Source: a virus
Lineage: Duplodnaviria > Caudoviricetes
Length of the DNA stretch: 64,000 nt
IMG/VR virus record: IMGVR_UViG_2784746785_000001
Location: 11,017-75,016 of that record
Direction: 5' to 3' (one strand)
The notes beneath the pieces are model-generated. The model ran no database searches, had not been told where the DNA came from, and worked only from the letters and a program-made list of their open reading frames with translations. Numbering within the stretch: the stretch's first letter is position 1; every line of letters begins with the position of its first letter. Shown piece by piece: positions 44,726 to 55,084 of the stretch. The position numbers and the translations under genes are program-made.

Positions 44726-45850
44726 ATGTCAGGCAGAAGAAAAAATGTAATCAGTAAAGCCAGTCCCCATACGATAAAGAAATTTGAATTGATCGAAGAG
44801 TACATAAAATCGTGGGCGCAGAAACTTATGCTGACCGACTCGTGCAATGGTCTTATCTTTATTGATTGTATGTGCAATTGCGGTGTGTATACAAACGATG
44901 CCGGAGAAATAGTAAAGGGAACGGCACTGCGAGTTTCTGAAGCTCTGCTGAATGTTGCAAGGCTTTATCCAAATAAAACAGTACAAGTTTATTTAAACGA
45001 CAAAGATAAAAATCGAGTGGATGAGTTGGAAAAACACTTGCCACAGAATGAACGGAATTTTCAGATTGTGACGTCACGACTTGATGCACATGAACTTTTA
45101 AGAACTATAGGGCCGCAGCTATATCAGGCCGGTCATTTACATTATTTTCTATTTTATGATCCTTACGATGCCGATATCGATTGGGAAGCGTTGCTACCAT
45201 TTTTTCGCAACTGGGGCGAAGTTGTAATCAATCACATGGTTTCTGATCCGGTTAGAGCGATTACAAGTGCTAAGAAGAAAACCACTAAAGAAAAATATGA
45301 GAATACGTATCTTGAAGATTTTGAAAAATTGGTTCCGTTTGGAAGTGACAAGGTTGCATATGAGGCAAGAGTTGAGGAGATTATTAATTCCCTAAAGGGA
45401 ACACGCAGGTACTTTGTGTCGGCATTTCCTTTCTATAACACGCAGAACTCACACATGTATAACCTGATACATTGCACAAGTAATAAAGAAGGGTTCAAGC
45501 TATACAAGAAAAGTGCCTGGAAGGTATTTGGCAATCAGTCGTCTACCAAGAATTCTCCGGAGAGTGAGCAACTTTCTTTTGATTCTTATGGCATCATTAC
45601 AAATGAAACGGATGAATCTTGCTTCCATGTTTCTGATATTTCGAGATACCTTCAGCAAAACTTCAAAGGCCGTAAACAGGTGCAGCTTACCGAAATGTGG
45701 GAACTACTGGATGATCACCCGATTTTCCCGTCAGAAGGGTATCGGAATGAGATAAAGAAGGATCTTTCTGAAAGATTTGGCGCAAAAATAGAACAGATTG
45801 TAAGCGATGAAAATGGTAAGAAAGAAACAGTCATCTTCTTCTCCTTGTAA
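44726..45850 (+). CDS. tcmP: Three-Cys-motif partner (TcmP) methyltransferase-fold protein 1
   Basis: HTIKKFELIEEY, FIDCMCNCG (motif I variant), LFYDPY; C-terminal extension. Confidence 0.78.
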   Translation: MSGRRKNVISKASPHTIKKFELIEEYIKSWAQKLMLTDSCNGLIFIDCMCNCGVYTNDAGEIVKGTALRVSEALLNVARLYPNKTVQVYLNDKDKNRVDELEKHLPQNERNFQIVTSRLDAHELLRTIGPQLYQAGHLHYFLFYDPYDADIDWEALLPFFRNWGEVVINHMVSDPVRAITSAKKKTTKEKYENTYLEDFEKLVPFGSDKVAYEARVEEIINSLKGTRRYFVSAFPFYNTQNSHMYNLIHCTSNKEGFKLYKKSAWKVFGNQSSTKNSPESEQLSFDSYGIITNETDESCFHVSDISRYLQQNFKGRKQVQLTEMWELLDDHPIFPSEGYRNEIKKDLSERFGAKIEQIVSDENGKKETVIFFSL

Positions 45851-45884
45851 GGCAGAGGGCATATTAATGAGGATGGGAAAACAA

Positions 45885-46748
45885 ATGGCAACATCACAAA
45901 AATTTGGAGGCCACTGGACAGAAGAAAAACTGAATATTTTCACAAGTTATCTGGATGCATACCTCATTGCGCTACAAAATCAGAAGTTTAAGAAAATTTA
46001 TATAGATGCATTTGCCGGAACAGGCGAGATTGAAACAAGTGATGGCGAACAGCACCTTGTCGGATCTGCAAAGAGGGCATTGTCAGCTGATATGAAATTC
46101 GATCATTATTACTTCATTGAAGCTGATGATCAAAAAGCGGATGAACTTCGAAATATGGTAAACACTGAGTTTCCGCTTTTAATGCGAATGGTTACGATCT
46201 ACTGTGGAGATGCCAATGATAAACTTGCTCAGATCATCAACGATGTGGATTGGCGATATAACAGAGGACTCCTGTTCTTAGACCCCTATGCGACGCAGGT
46301 GAATTGGACAACTCTTGTGGATGTGTCAAGGACGCAATCTATTGATGTTTGGTACCTGTTTCCATTTTCGGTGCTGGAAAGAATGCTGCCAAAAAACGGG
46401 AAATATGATAGATGGGAAGATTGCATAGATCGACTGCTTGGCGACTCCGGATGGCAGACAGAGTTTTACAGGAAAGATCCACAATTAACTTTATTTGATA
46501 TATTTCCTGATGAGACGACTATAAATCAGGGAGAAAGATTAGTTAAAGATGCAAATCCTGAACACGTTAAGGATTACATTATCTCTCGTCTTGAGACGAT
46601 ATTTCCCTGTGTGTCCAAGCACCCTCGCATATTCAGAAATGTCAAAAGGTCGCCGATGTTCCTGTTCTGCTTTGCAATTTCAAACAAGAGCTCAGCAGCA
46701 CAGAACCTTGCGCTAAAGATAGCAGATTATATACTGAAAAACAAGTAG
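45885..46748 (+). CDS. tcmP: TcmP methyltransferase-fold protein 2
   Basis: FGGHWTEEKL..F.SYL.AY, YIDAFAGTG, CGDAN, LFLDPYATQVNW. Confidence 0.82.
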   Translation: MATSQKFGGHWTEEKLNIFTSYLDAYLIALQNQKFKKIYIDAFAGTGEIETSDGEQHLVGSAKRALSADMKFDHYYFIEADDQKADELRNMVNTEFPLLMRMVTIYCGDANDKLAQIINDVDWRYNRGLLFLDPYATQVNWTTLVDVSRTQSIDVWYLFPFSVLERMLPKNGKYDRWEDCIDRLLGDSGWQTEFYRKDPQLTLFDIFPDETTINQGERLVKDANPEHVKDYIISRLETIFPCVSKHPRIFRNVKRSPMFLFCFAISNKSSAAQNLALKIADYILKNK

Positions 46749-46764
46749 GCGGAGGAAATTTTAC

Positions 46765-47529
46765 TTGAAGACCATTATACGAAAATCCATGCTTTATCAA
46801 ACCGGGGTGGAGTATGGCGATTACACAATGAATCATGTACAGGGATGTGCACACGGATGCAGATATCCATGCTATGCATTTCTTATGAAAAAACGGTTCG
46901 GGCAGATTAAAAATTATGAAAGCTGGATTGAACCAGCACTTGTTTCAAATACGCTTGATCTATTGGATAAAGAAATTCCACGGTTGAAAGACAAAATTCA
47001 TTCTGTTCAACTTTGCTTTACGACCGATCCGTTTATGAATGGATATCCGGAAGTTTCTGAAATGAGTATAGCTGCTATTCGAAAATTAAACGATGCAGGT
47101 ATAAAATGTACAACACTTACTAAGGGACTCTTGCCAATGGAACTGGCGGAGCTTTCAAAAGAAAATGAGCATGGAATTACATTGATTTCACTTGACGAGA
47201 CATACCGTGAACAGATGGAGCCAGGAGCGACATCTTCTGTAAATCGGCTGGCTGCTCTCCGGGCACTCCATGACGCGGGGTGCAAGACCTGGGTAAGCAT
47301 CGAACCTTATCCGACACCGAACATGATCGAGCAAGATCTGCATGAAATATTGGAAGCTATAGATTTTGTAGATCGAATTATTTTTGGAAGGACAAACTAC
47401 AGTAAAGTCGCAAATTCTTATGAAGGACATAATCATTTTTATAATGAGTGCGCTGCAGAAGTAATTGCTTTTTGTAAAGAGCACGGCATTGATTATCATA
47501 TCAAGTCAAAGACAATAACGGAAGAATGA
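46765..47529 (+). CDS. Radical SAM protein (SPL-like)
   Basis: NHVQGCAHGCRYPCYA, CFTTDPF, TLTKG, GITL, WVSIEP; TTG start after GGAGG. Confidence 0.82.
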   Translation: MKTIIRKSMLYQTGVEYGDYTMNHVQGCAHGCRYPCYAFLMKKRFGQIKNYESWIEPALVSNTLDLLDKEIPRLKDKIHSVQLCFTTDPFMNGYPEVSEMSIAAIRKLNDAGIKCTTLTKGLLPMELAELSKENEHGITLISLDETYREQMEPGATSSVNRLAALRALHDAGCKTWVSIEPYPTPNMIEQDLHEILEAIDFVDRIIFGRTNYSKVANSYEGHNHFYNECAAEVIAFCKEHGIDYHIKSKTITEE

Positions 47530-47538
47530 GGTGGAACC

Positions 47539-49668
47539 ATGGCACTATTACAAGACCTGATCCAGCAGATTGATGACCCCGCACTCCGGGAACGAATCCT
47601 GCAGGAAACGAATAAGTTACTCAAGCAGAAAAAATTCGGCCTTGTTTTTGAAGAGCATATTCCAGAGTGCACGCCTCTTTACGACATTCCCGTAAGGAAG
47701 GGTGCTCTTGTTGCAATTAAAGGCAAGAACATTCAGCAGAGTTATATGGTGGAGTCAATTACGGGCGGTACAGCTAAATGCTATGAAAAGGAAAGAAAAA
47801 CGACGGTTGAGATCCCTGTTTCGTCTCTTGTATGTATTGCTCGATTTGGTGACCCGATTTATCCGTGTCTGAAGCCGATTGATAAGGTTGAAAATGCGCC
47901 TGATAGTGATCTCTGGCACACACTGATCGAGGCAGACAATTATCATGCGCTTCAGTTGTTGGAGTATCTCTATGCTGGAAAGGTTGATTGTATCTATATT
48001 GATCCGCCATATAATACCGGTGCTCGTGACTGGAAATATAATAACGATTATGTCGACAGCTCAGATGCCTACAGGCACAGCAAATGGCTGTCAATGATGG
48101 AGAAACGCCTGAAGCTGGCGAAGAAACTTCTGAATCCCGAAGATTCAGTGTTAATTGTTACTATCGATGAAAAAGAGTATCTACATCTTGGCTGCCTACT
48201 TGAGGAAATATTTCCAGAGGCACGTATGCAGATGGTGACGTCGAGGATAAATAAAAAAGCATCTACAAGAGTGGGACAGTTTGCAAGATGTGATGAATAC
48301 TTGTTCTTTCTTCAGTTTGGCTCGATGAATATACAAAAATCTAAATATTCTATGCTCGATGTTACTGATAACAGCAATCACAATGCAAAAGAAGCGAAAA
48401 CCGACACAATATGGAATAGCATGTTACGCCGAGGCTCTAATGGATCTTCTAGAAGAGAGTCGCCAAATTTGTTTTATCCAGTATGGGTTGATGAGAAGAG
48501 AAGAAAGATAGAAGTTGTTGGCGAACCACTTCCAATTGATGTAAACAGGCATGACATCGAAAAAAAACCTCCTATTCCAGGGCTAAAGGCGGTATGGCCA
48601 ATTAGAACAGATAATAGTGAAGGAAGATGGCAACTTGGATATGATACTTTGCAAAGTTATTTGAAGCAAGGAATAGCAAAATTAGGTGCATATAACAAGA
48701 AGAGAGACCAATGGGCTATCGTTTTTCTGAAAAAGAAACAGAAAGAACAATTGCGTGATGGCATTCTTATTGCAACCGGTAAAGAAGCTGACGGCTCACT
48801 TATCCTAGAATGGAATGAAGATGAGGAACAGGACAGGGAGCCAAAGACAATGTGGGTTCGCGACTGGCATGACGCCAGCACTTATGGAACAAATCTCATA
48901 GATAAAGTAATTCCCAATAGAGACTTTCCTTTTCCAAAGTCGTTGTATGCAGTAGAAGATACTTTGCGATTTTATATTGCAGACAAGAAAGATGCTTTGA
49001 TTGTGGACTTCTTTTCGGGATCAGGAACAACACTGCATGCGGTAAATTTGCTAAATGCAGAAGATAATGGACATCGTCGGTGCATAATGGTGACAAATAA
49101 TGAAGTTTCCGACAGAGAAGCTAAATCACTGTACAAAAAAGGTCTTCATCAAGGAGACAGCGAATGGGAGAAGTTTGGAATAGCCCGTTATATTACTTGG
49201 CCCCGTACAGTCTGTACAATAGAGGGTCATGATTCGAATGGCAATCCGCTGAATGGAAATTACTTGGGCTCGGGTTTTCCAATGGCAAGTGGGTTCAAGA
49301 CAAATTGTGAATACTTTAAATTAACCTTTCTCGATAAAACTTCTATCGCACTTGGTAGGCAGTTTCGAGAGCTGTTTCCAGTACTTTGGATGAAAGGTGG
49401 AGCCATTGGAAGGTGCCCTGTGCTTGAGTCGGATGAACTCCCCAACATGCTTATCCTTTCACAAAATAAGATGGCAGTCTTGATAGATGAGATTTATTAT
49501 TCCGAATTTGACGCGGAAATGCAAAAGCATCCAGAGATCCGGACGGTCTTCATTGTAACGGATTCAGAGGTAGCATACCAGACGATGATTCGTACATATG
49601 ATGGCAAAGACTGCTACCAGCTTTATAGAGATTATCTGGATAATTTCCGGATCAATTCAGGGAGGTAA
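47539..49668 (+). CDS. mod: Type III R-M methyltransferase (Mod)
   Basis: LIEADNYHAL, YIDPPYNTG, HSKWLSMM, FPFPKS, VDFFSGSGTT. Confidence 0.93.
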   Translation: MALLQDLIQQIDDPALRERILQETNKLLKQKKFGLVFEEHIPECTPLYDIPVRKGALVAIKGKNIQQSYMVESITGGTAKCYEKERKTTVEIPVSSLVCIARFGDPIYPCLKPIDKVENAPDSDLWHTLIEADNYHALQLLEYLYAGKVDCIYIDPPYNTGARDWKYNNDYVDSSDAYRHSKWLSMMEKRLKLAKKLLNPEDSVLIVTIDEKEYLHLGCLLEEIFPEARMQMVTSRINKKASTRVGQFARCDEYLFFLQFGSMNIQKSKYSMLDVTDNSNHNAKEAKTDTIWNSMLRRGSNGSSRRESPNLFYPVWVDEKRRKIEVVGEPLPIDVNRHDIEKKPPIPGLKAVWPIRTDNSEGRWQLGYDTLQSYLKQGIAKLGAYNKKRDQWAIVFLKKKQKEQLRDGILIATGKEADGSLILEWNEDEEQDREPKTMWVRDWHDASTYGTNLIDKVIPNRDFPFPKSLYAVEDTLRFYIADKKDALIVDFFSGSGTTLHAVNLLNAEDNGHRRCIMVTNNEVSDREAKSLYKKGLHQGDSEWEKFGIARYITWPRTVCTIEGHDSNGNPLNGNYLGSGFPMASGFKTNCEYFKLTFLDKTSIALGRQFRELFPVLWMKGGAIGRCPVLESDELPNMLILSQNKMAVLIDEIYYSEFDAEMQKHPEIRTVFIVTDSEVAYQTMIRTYDGKDCYQLYRDYLDNFRINSGR

Positions 49669-49670
49669 CC

Positions 49671-52553
49671 ATGAACGTAGAATTATTTCCTTTTCAGAGA
49701 AAGTCGCTTCTCGATATACGCATGAAAACGGCGGAGGCTATGGGTAGTTTTCATAGAACGCATGCGCCGCAGGTTGTTTCATTCACTGCACCGACTGGGG
49801 CCGGAAAGACAATTATTATGTCGGCTTTGATCGAGAATTTTTTTTTCGGTGACGAGAATTATGCTGAACAGCAGGACGCTATTATCGTCTGGCTCTCTGA
49901 TTCTCCGCAATTGAACGAACAATCCAAGCAGAAGATCGATTCCAAGGCAGATAAAATCAGGCTTTCACAGTGTGTTACAGTTTCCGAGGAGTCATTTGAT
50001 AGAGAGGTATTTGAGAACGGACATATCTATTTTCTGAATACGCAGAAGTTGTCCGTTTCTTCCAAGCTTACGAAGAATGGAGATGGCCGTACTTATACCA
50101 TCTGGCAGACACTTGCTAATACCATTCGAGAAAAGAGCGACCGTCTGTATTTTATCATTGATGAGGCGCATCGCGGCATGCAGGGGCGAGAAGCCGGCAA
50201 AGCAACTACTATCATGCAAAAGTTCATCAAGGGCAGCGATGATGACTGTATCCCTCCGATGCCGGTTGTCATTGGCATGTCCGCCACAACTCAGAGATTC
50301 AATGCGTTGGTCGAGGGCACATCCTCTACAATACACAAAGCTATCGTCACATCTGATGAAGTTCGTGCATCAGGATTGCTAAAAGACAGAATTGTCATCA
50401 CTTATCCGGAGGAAGGTGCAGTTAATAATGATATGGCGATCTTACAGGCTGCAGCGGATGATTGGAAGGAAAAATGGGAGCATTGGACGCAGTATTGCTA
50501 TGAGCAGCACTATGCCTATGTGAATCCGATCCTGATTGTCCAGGTATTAAACGGAACCGGAGATAAATTGACTGATACAAATCTGGAAGATTGCATAGCC
50601 AAAATTGAAGAGCGGTCGGGTTTCAAACTGGAAAACGGTCAAGTTGTACATACATTCGGCGGCACGACGGCGTCACTTTCAATAAATGGACTTGAAGTGC
50701 GCTACGAAGAGCCATCTCGTATAGCGGAGGACAGGAACATTCGCATTGTGTTCTTTAAAGAAAACCTTTCTACAGGCTGGGATTGTCCAAGAGCTGAGAC
50801 CATGATGTCATTCAAGCACGCCAGTGATGCCACATATATTGCACAGCTCCTTGGAAGAATGGTCAGGACACCGATGCAGATGCATATTCAGGTTGATGAT
50901 GTTCTGAATGATGTGCATCTCTATTTGCCGTATTTTAATGAAAATACAGTAAAAGATGTTGTAGAGGCATTACAGAGTACCGAGGGTGGGGATATACCTT
51001 CAGATATTTTTGGAGAGTCATTGTCTGGTAAGCAATTTGAGACATTGACCGTAAAGCCCAAGAAAAAGAAAATCGATATGCAGTATCCTAGGCAGATGAC
51101 ACTGGATGTGTTTATGAATCAAGGAACTGAGACTCACAGTTTTGGTGAGGCAAGTTCAGCGCTGCATGAAGAAATTTATGCGACGGGGCAAGAACAAACT
51201 TCTGATGGACTGTTACAACCCGAATCACAGCCGACAGCAATCCAACCAAAGCAGGAAGCTGAGAATGATCAGCATTCAAGTCAGAACATATCTCCTGCCG
51301 CGGTTGCCCAGGCATTAGGGAGAGCATCGGAAGACCAGGCTGCAACTACAAGTACGCAGGAAAACTCGCAGGAAGAACCAGCAGAGGATCAGTTTGACCG
51401 TGAGGCAGTCATGAAATTCATAAATGACGCAGGTCTGCTTTCTTATAACGTCAGGGCACTTAGAATCAACGATTATTTGAAATCACTGTTCAGAATGGCA
51501 CATTTGCTCAGTATATCTAATTTGCACCGCGAAGCAATCAGAGAGGTGCAGGGCGAAATTGTTCAGATGATTCACGATTACATAGGAGCCCTGAGAGTTA
51601 AGGGCAAATATGATGAGCTCGTTCAACAGGTAAAGCAGTTCAAACTTGCCACACAGATTTTTGATGCTTTTGGCGAAACCGTGGACAACTATTCAGTGCA
51701 TGATATGTTCACAACGACCGATACAGACCTTGAACGACAGTTCCAAGTTGCAGATGCAAAACTTGGACGTGAAGGTATCGGAATGGCCTATGGAAATAAG
51801 TATATGGACATGTCTGATCTATCAGCTTTTAAGGTAGATGTAATTCTGTTTGTTGCGGATCAAGATTGTATGGACAGACTCTACTCGTATGCAGAGAATC
51901 GCTTTCATAGCTTGAATGATGATTATCGGAGATATATTGCAACTATTGATTCAGAAAAAATTCGTCGAGAATATGACAGTATCGTTTCCGATGGCGATGT
52001 GATAAGCAAGCATAATTTCCGGCTTCCAGAGACCATCCAGGTTCCACATGAAGAAGGCGGCACAGCCTATAAGGATCACCTTTTTGTTAACGATAAAACA
52101 GGAACAGCTACGATGAAGTTAAATTCTTGGGAATCTGGTGTTATTGAGGAAGAAGAGAAAAGACCTGATTTTGTTTGTTGGATTCGCAATCCGTCCAGAG
52201 CATCATGGGCGCTTTGTATTCCATATGAAATCGATGGTGAGATTAAACCGACTTTCCCTGATTTTATTATTGTTAGAAAAGATCCAGTGTCAGAATATGT
52301 CATTGACATTCTTGAGCCGCATAATCCTGACTTTAAGGACAATCTTGGTAAGGCAAAGGGCTTCGCAGAGTACGCAAGGCAGAATCCGGGCGTTGGAAGT
52401 ATTCAACTTATTCGTATGAGCAAGGATGCAGCTGGAAAAGACCGGTTCAGGAGACTGAATATGTACAAGTCTGCAATTCGGGATAAGGTATCACATGCGG
52501 TCAACACTGACGAGTTGGATCATATTTTTAATACCGACGGAGACTTCATGTAA
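49671..52553 (+). CDS. res: Type III R-M restriction subunit (Res; SF2 helicase plus nuclease)
   Basis: APTGAGKT, IIDEAH, GMSAT, LSTGWDCPRA, QLLGRMVR; C-terminal FPDF...DILEPH. Confidence 0.9.
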   Translation: MNVELFPFQRKSLLDIRMKTAEAMGSFHRTHAPQVVSFTAPTGAGKTIIMSALIENFFFGDENYAEQQDAIIVWLSDSPQLNEQSKQKIDSKADKIRLSQCVTVSEESFDREVFENGHIYFLNTQKLSVSSKLTKNGDGRTYTIWQTLANTIREKSDRLYFIIDEAHRGMQGREAGKATTIMQKFIKGSDDDCIPPMPVVIGMSATTQRFNALVEGTSSTIHKAIVTSDEVRASGLLKDRIVITYPEEGAVNNDMAILQAAADDWKEKWEHWTQYCYEQHYAYVNPILIVQVLNGTGDKLTDTNLEDCIAKIEERSGFKLENGQVVHTFGGTTASLSINGLEVRYEEPSRIAEDRNIRIVFFKENLSTGWDCPRAETMMSFKHASDATYIAQLLGRMVRTPMQMHIQVDDVLNDVHLYLPYFNENTVKDVVEALQSTEGGDIPSDIFGESLSGKQFETLTVKPKKKKIDMQYPRQMTLDVFMNQGTETHSFGEASSALHEEIYATGQEQTSDGLLQPESQPTAIQPKQEAENDQHSSQNISPAAVAQALGRASEDQAATTSTQENSQEEPAEDQFDREAVMKFINDAGLLSYNVRALRINDYLKSLFRMAHLLSISNLHREAIREVQGEIVQMIHDYIGALRVKGKYDELVQQVKQFKLATQIFDAFGETVDNYSVHDMFTTTDTDLERQFQVADAKLGREGIGMAYGNKYMDMSDLSAFKVDVILFVADQDCMDRLYSYAENRFHSLNDDYRRYIATIDSEKIRREYDSIVSDGDVISKHNFRLPETIQVPHEEGGTAYKDHLFVNDKTGTATMKLNSWESGVIEEEEKRPDFVCWIRNPSRASWALCIPYEIDGEIKPTFPDFIIVRKDPVSEYVIDILEPHNPDFKDNLGKAKGFAEYARQNPGVGSIQLIRMSKDAAGKDRFRRLNMYKSAIRDKVSHAVNTDELDHIFNTDGDFM

Positions 52554-52697
52554 CCTCAATGTTTATTAACAATCTGGAGCAGATATTACGCAGGTTAATA
52601 TAAAGACTATTTCTTGATGGATATGTACGATTCTTTAGTTATGACTTGCAATGCAAAGAAAAAGCTGTGAAATGAATCAGAACAGGAGGACATCAGC

Positions 52698-53617
52698 ATG
52701 GACGACCGTGGAGAAATAATTATATACCAGACCGAAGATGGTCTGACGAAGATAGATGTCAGTATGCAGGACGAAACGGTATGGCTGTCGCTGGAGCAGA
52801 TGGCTGATTTGTTTCAACGAGATAAGTCTACCATATCCAAGCATATTAAAAACATCTTTGAGGATGGAGAATTAGTCAGAAATTCAGTTGTTGCAAATTT
52901 TGCAACAACTGCTGCGGATGGAAAAACATATCAAGTGGATTATTATAATCTCGATGTTATTATCTCCGTTGGCTATCGTGTCAAATCCCAGCGTGGCGTG
53001 CAGTTCCGTATATGGGCAAGAGACATATTAAAGGAATACATCAAAAAAGGTTTTGCAATGGATGATGACCGTTTGAAAGAGCTGGGCGGTGGCGGATACT
53101 TTAAGGAGTTACTGGAAAGAATCCGTGACATCCGAGCTTCTGAAAAAGTGTTCTATCGTCAGGTGTTGGAAATCTATGCGACAAGCGTTGATTACAATCC
53201 CAATGCAGAAGTCTCTATACAATTTTCAAGCGAGTTCAGAACAAGATTCATTATGCTGTTTCCGGCGAGACTGCTGCGGAGGTTATCTATCATCGTGCTG
53301 ACGCAGAAAAGGATTTTATGGGCTTGATGACTTTTTCAGGAGACCAGCCTACACTCCGTGAAGCGAAGATTGCAAAAAACTATCTGAATGAAAAAGAGCT
53401 TCGCGCGATGGGCCAGCTTGTTTCCGGATATCTTGATTTTGCCGAGAGACAGGCAGAGCGTGAGATTCCAATGACTATGGAGGACTGGGCCAAACATCTC
53501 GACGGCATTTTGACCTCCACAGGAGAAAAGCTGCTGATTGGAAATGGGACGGTCAGCCATGATCAGGCAATGGACAAGGCACAGACGGAGTATAAAAATA
53601 CAAAGCGAAAACGATAA
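52698..53617 (+). pseudogene. rhuM: RhuM-family protein split by a 1-nt frameshift
   Basis: Adding one T to TTTT at 53223-53226 restores FFKRVQNKIHYAVSGETAAEVIY and joins ORFs 52698 and 53318. Confidence 0.82.
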
Positions 53618-53712
53618 GCCGCGTGGAGCAGGATTACCTGGATAGCATAAAGCAGCTGGAACAGAAAGGTAAAAAATAACCTATCACGGCCACTGGGAAA
53701 TCCAAGAACAAG

Positions 53713-54010
53713 GGTTGAGACGATGGCAATCCTGACTTGTTCCCACGGAGCGCAGTCTCGAGACGGTCGGAAAATCTTTCAGATTGCGTATAGTAAGTAG
53801 GAGCCGCCTCATAGACATTTTTCCGAGAACGGACAAGGCTATATTTTGACCACATTTCGGCTGATTTTACCCTTGGATAAATTTCCGCATACAGCCGGAA
53901 CGTATTTGCAGCATCCAGACATCCATCCTGAGCAATCGAGCCATGTGGAGACGTGCGTACTGCTTTCCCACAAGAATCCAGATAGTCATATCAACATAAA
54001 AGTGGAGTTA
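53713..54010 (+). repeat. Second cluster of rumA 3'-end (att-like) half-sites
   Basis: VETM (53715), DLFPRS..ETV (53734-53768), IDIFPRT (53811), LDKFPHT (53873), HVETCVLLSHKNPDSHINIKVE (53942). Confidence 0.72.
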
Positions 54011-54933
54011 TTTTTTATGACAAGATTGTCATAATTACTATATCCACTTAGTTCCGGAATGCTTTTCTGAGTTGTCCGGAATGGATCTGAATGCTTATGA
54101 ATCATTGATTCCGGAGGTGACACATGAAGCTAAAGGATGAGGCACTGATAAAAGCCATCCATGATTTTTTCCAGATATATCTGCCAAAGCAAAAGTGCTA
54201 CAGCGGGAATACGGTAGCATCCTATAAATATGCCTTTAATTTATTTCTTGATTATATGAGTGAATCAAAGTCCATTTCTCTTTTTGAATTATCCATAAAT
54301 GATGTCAATAAGGACAATATCAATGGTTTTCTGGAATGGCTGACAGTTAAGCGTCAAAACAGCTCCAGTACTTGCAATCAACGCTTAATGGCCTTGCGGT
54401 CTTTTGCCAAATATCTTGGATTGAACGATTTTTCCCTATCGTCTGTCTATGCGGGAGTATGCGCTGTTCCTGCGAAAAAGAAAAATTCAAAAATCGTAGA
54501 GTTCTTAAGCGAGCCAGCATTAATAGAGCTACTGAATCAACCCGATACCAGAAAATCAAAAGAACTGCGGAATCAGTTTTTTATGATTCTGATGTATGAT
54601 ACTGCGGCGCGCTGCCAGGAACTGCTTGATATAAGAATTAAAGATTTATCCATAAGCAGTGGAGCACCGTTTGTATATCTAACAGGAAGAGGAAACAAAA
54701 TCAGAACCGTTCCTTTAATGGATACAACGGTCAGGCACTTACTGAATTATCTATCGATATTTCACCCAGAATACCAAAAGTATGGAGATAAATATCTGTT
54801 TTATGTGGTAACCCATGGGGTAAGCCATCGGATGTCAACCGACACCGTAGAAACTTTCATGAAGAAGTATGGAAAATCAGCCCTCCAAAACTGCCCTGAC
54901 GTTCCCAAACAGGTGCACCCTCACCAACTCCGT

Positions 54934-55030
54934 CATTATGGAGAGTGTTTTAAAATGGGGAGTGATTGCTCGTAAGGATGATATTTCCGATGACCTTTGG
55001 ATATCGTGCGCAAAACACTCACCATTTTAT
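54934..55030. repeat. RIT left inverted repeat (97 bp)
   Basis: Reverse complement of 58335-58431 with 2 mismatches. Confidence 0.92.
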
Positions 55031-55084
55031 GTATAATTATCCTTGTAACAATTGATTCTCACAATACACTTAAGGAGGATGATT

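Noticed and set aside
47539-49668. Phase-variable simple sequence repeat in mod
   Set aside because: No tandem repeat tract seen, only short A runs, and the frame is intact.
53846-54034. 62-aa ORF as a real gene
   Set aside because: It is the translated rumA 3'-end scar joined to an element end, with no RBS.
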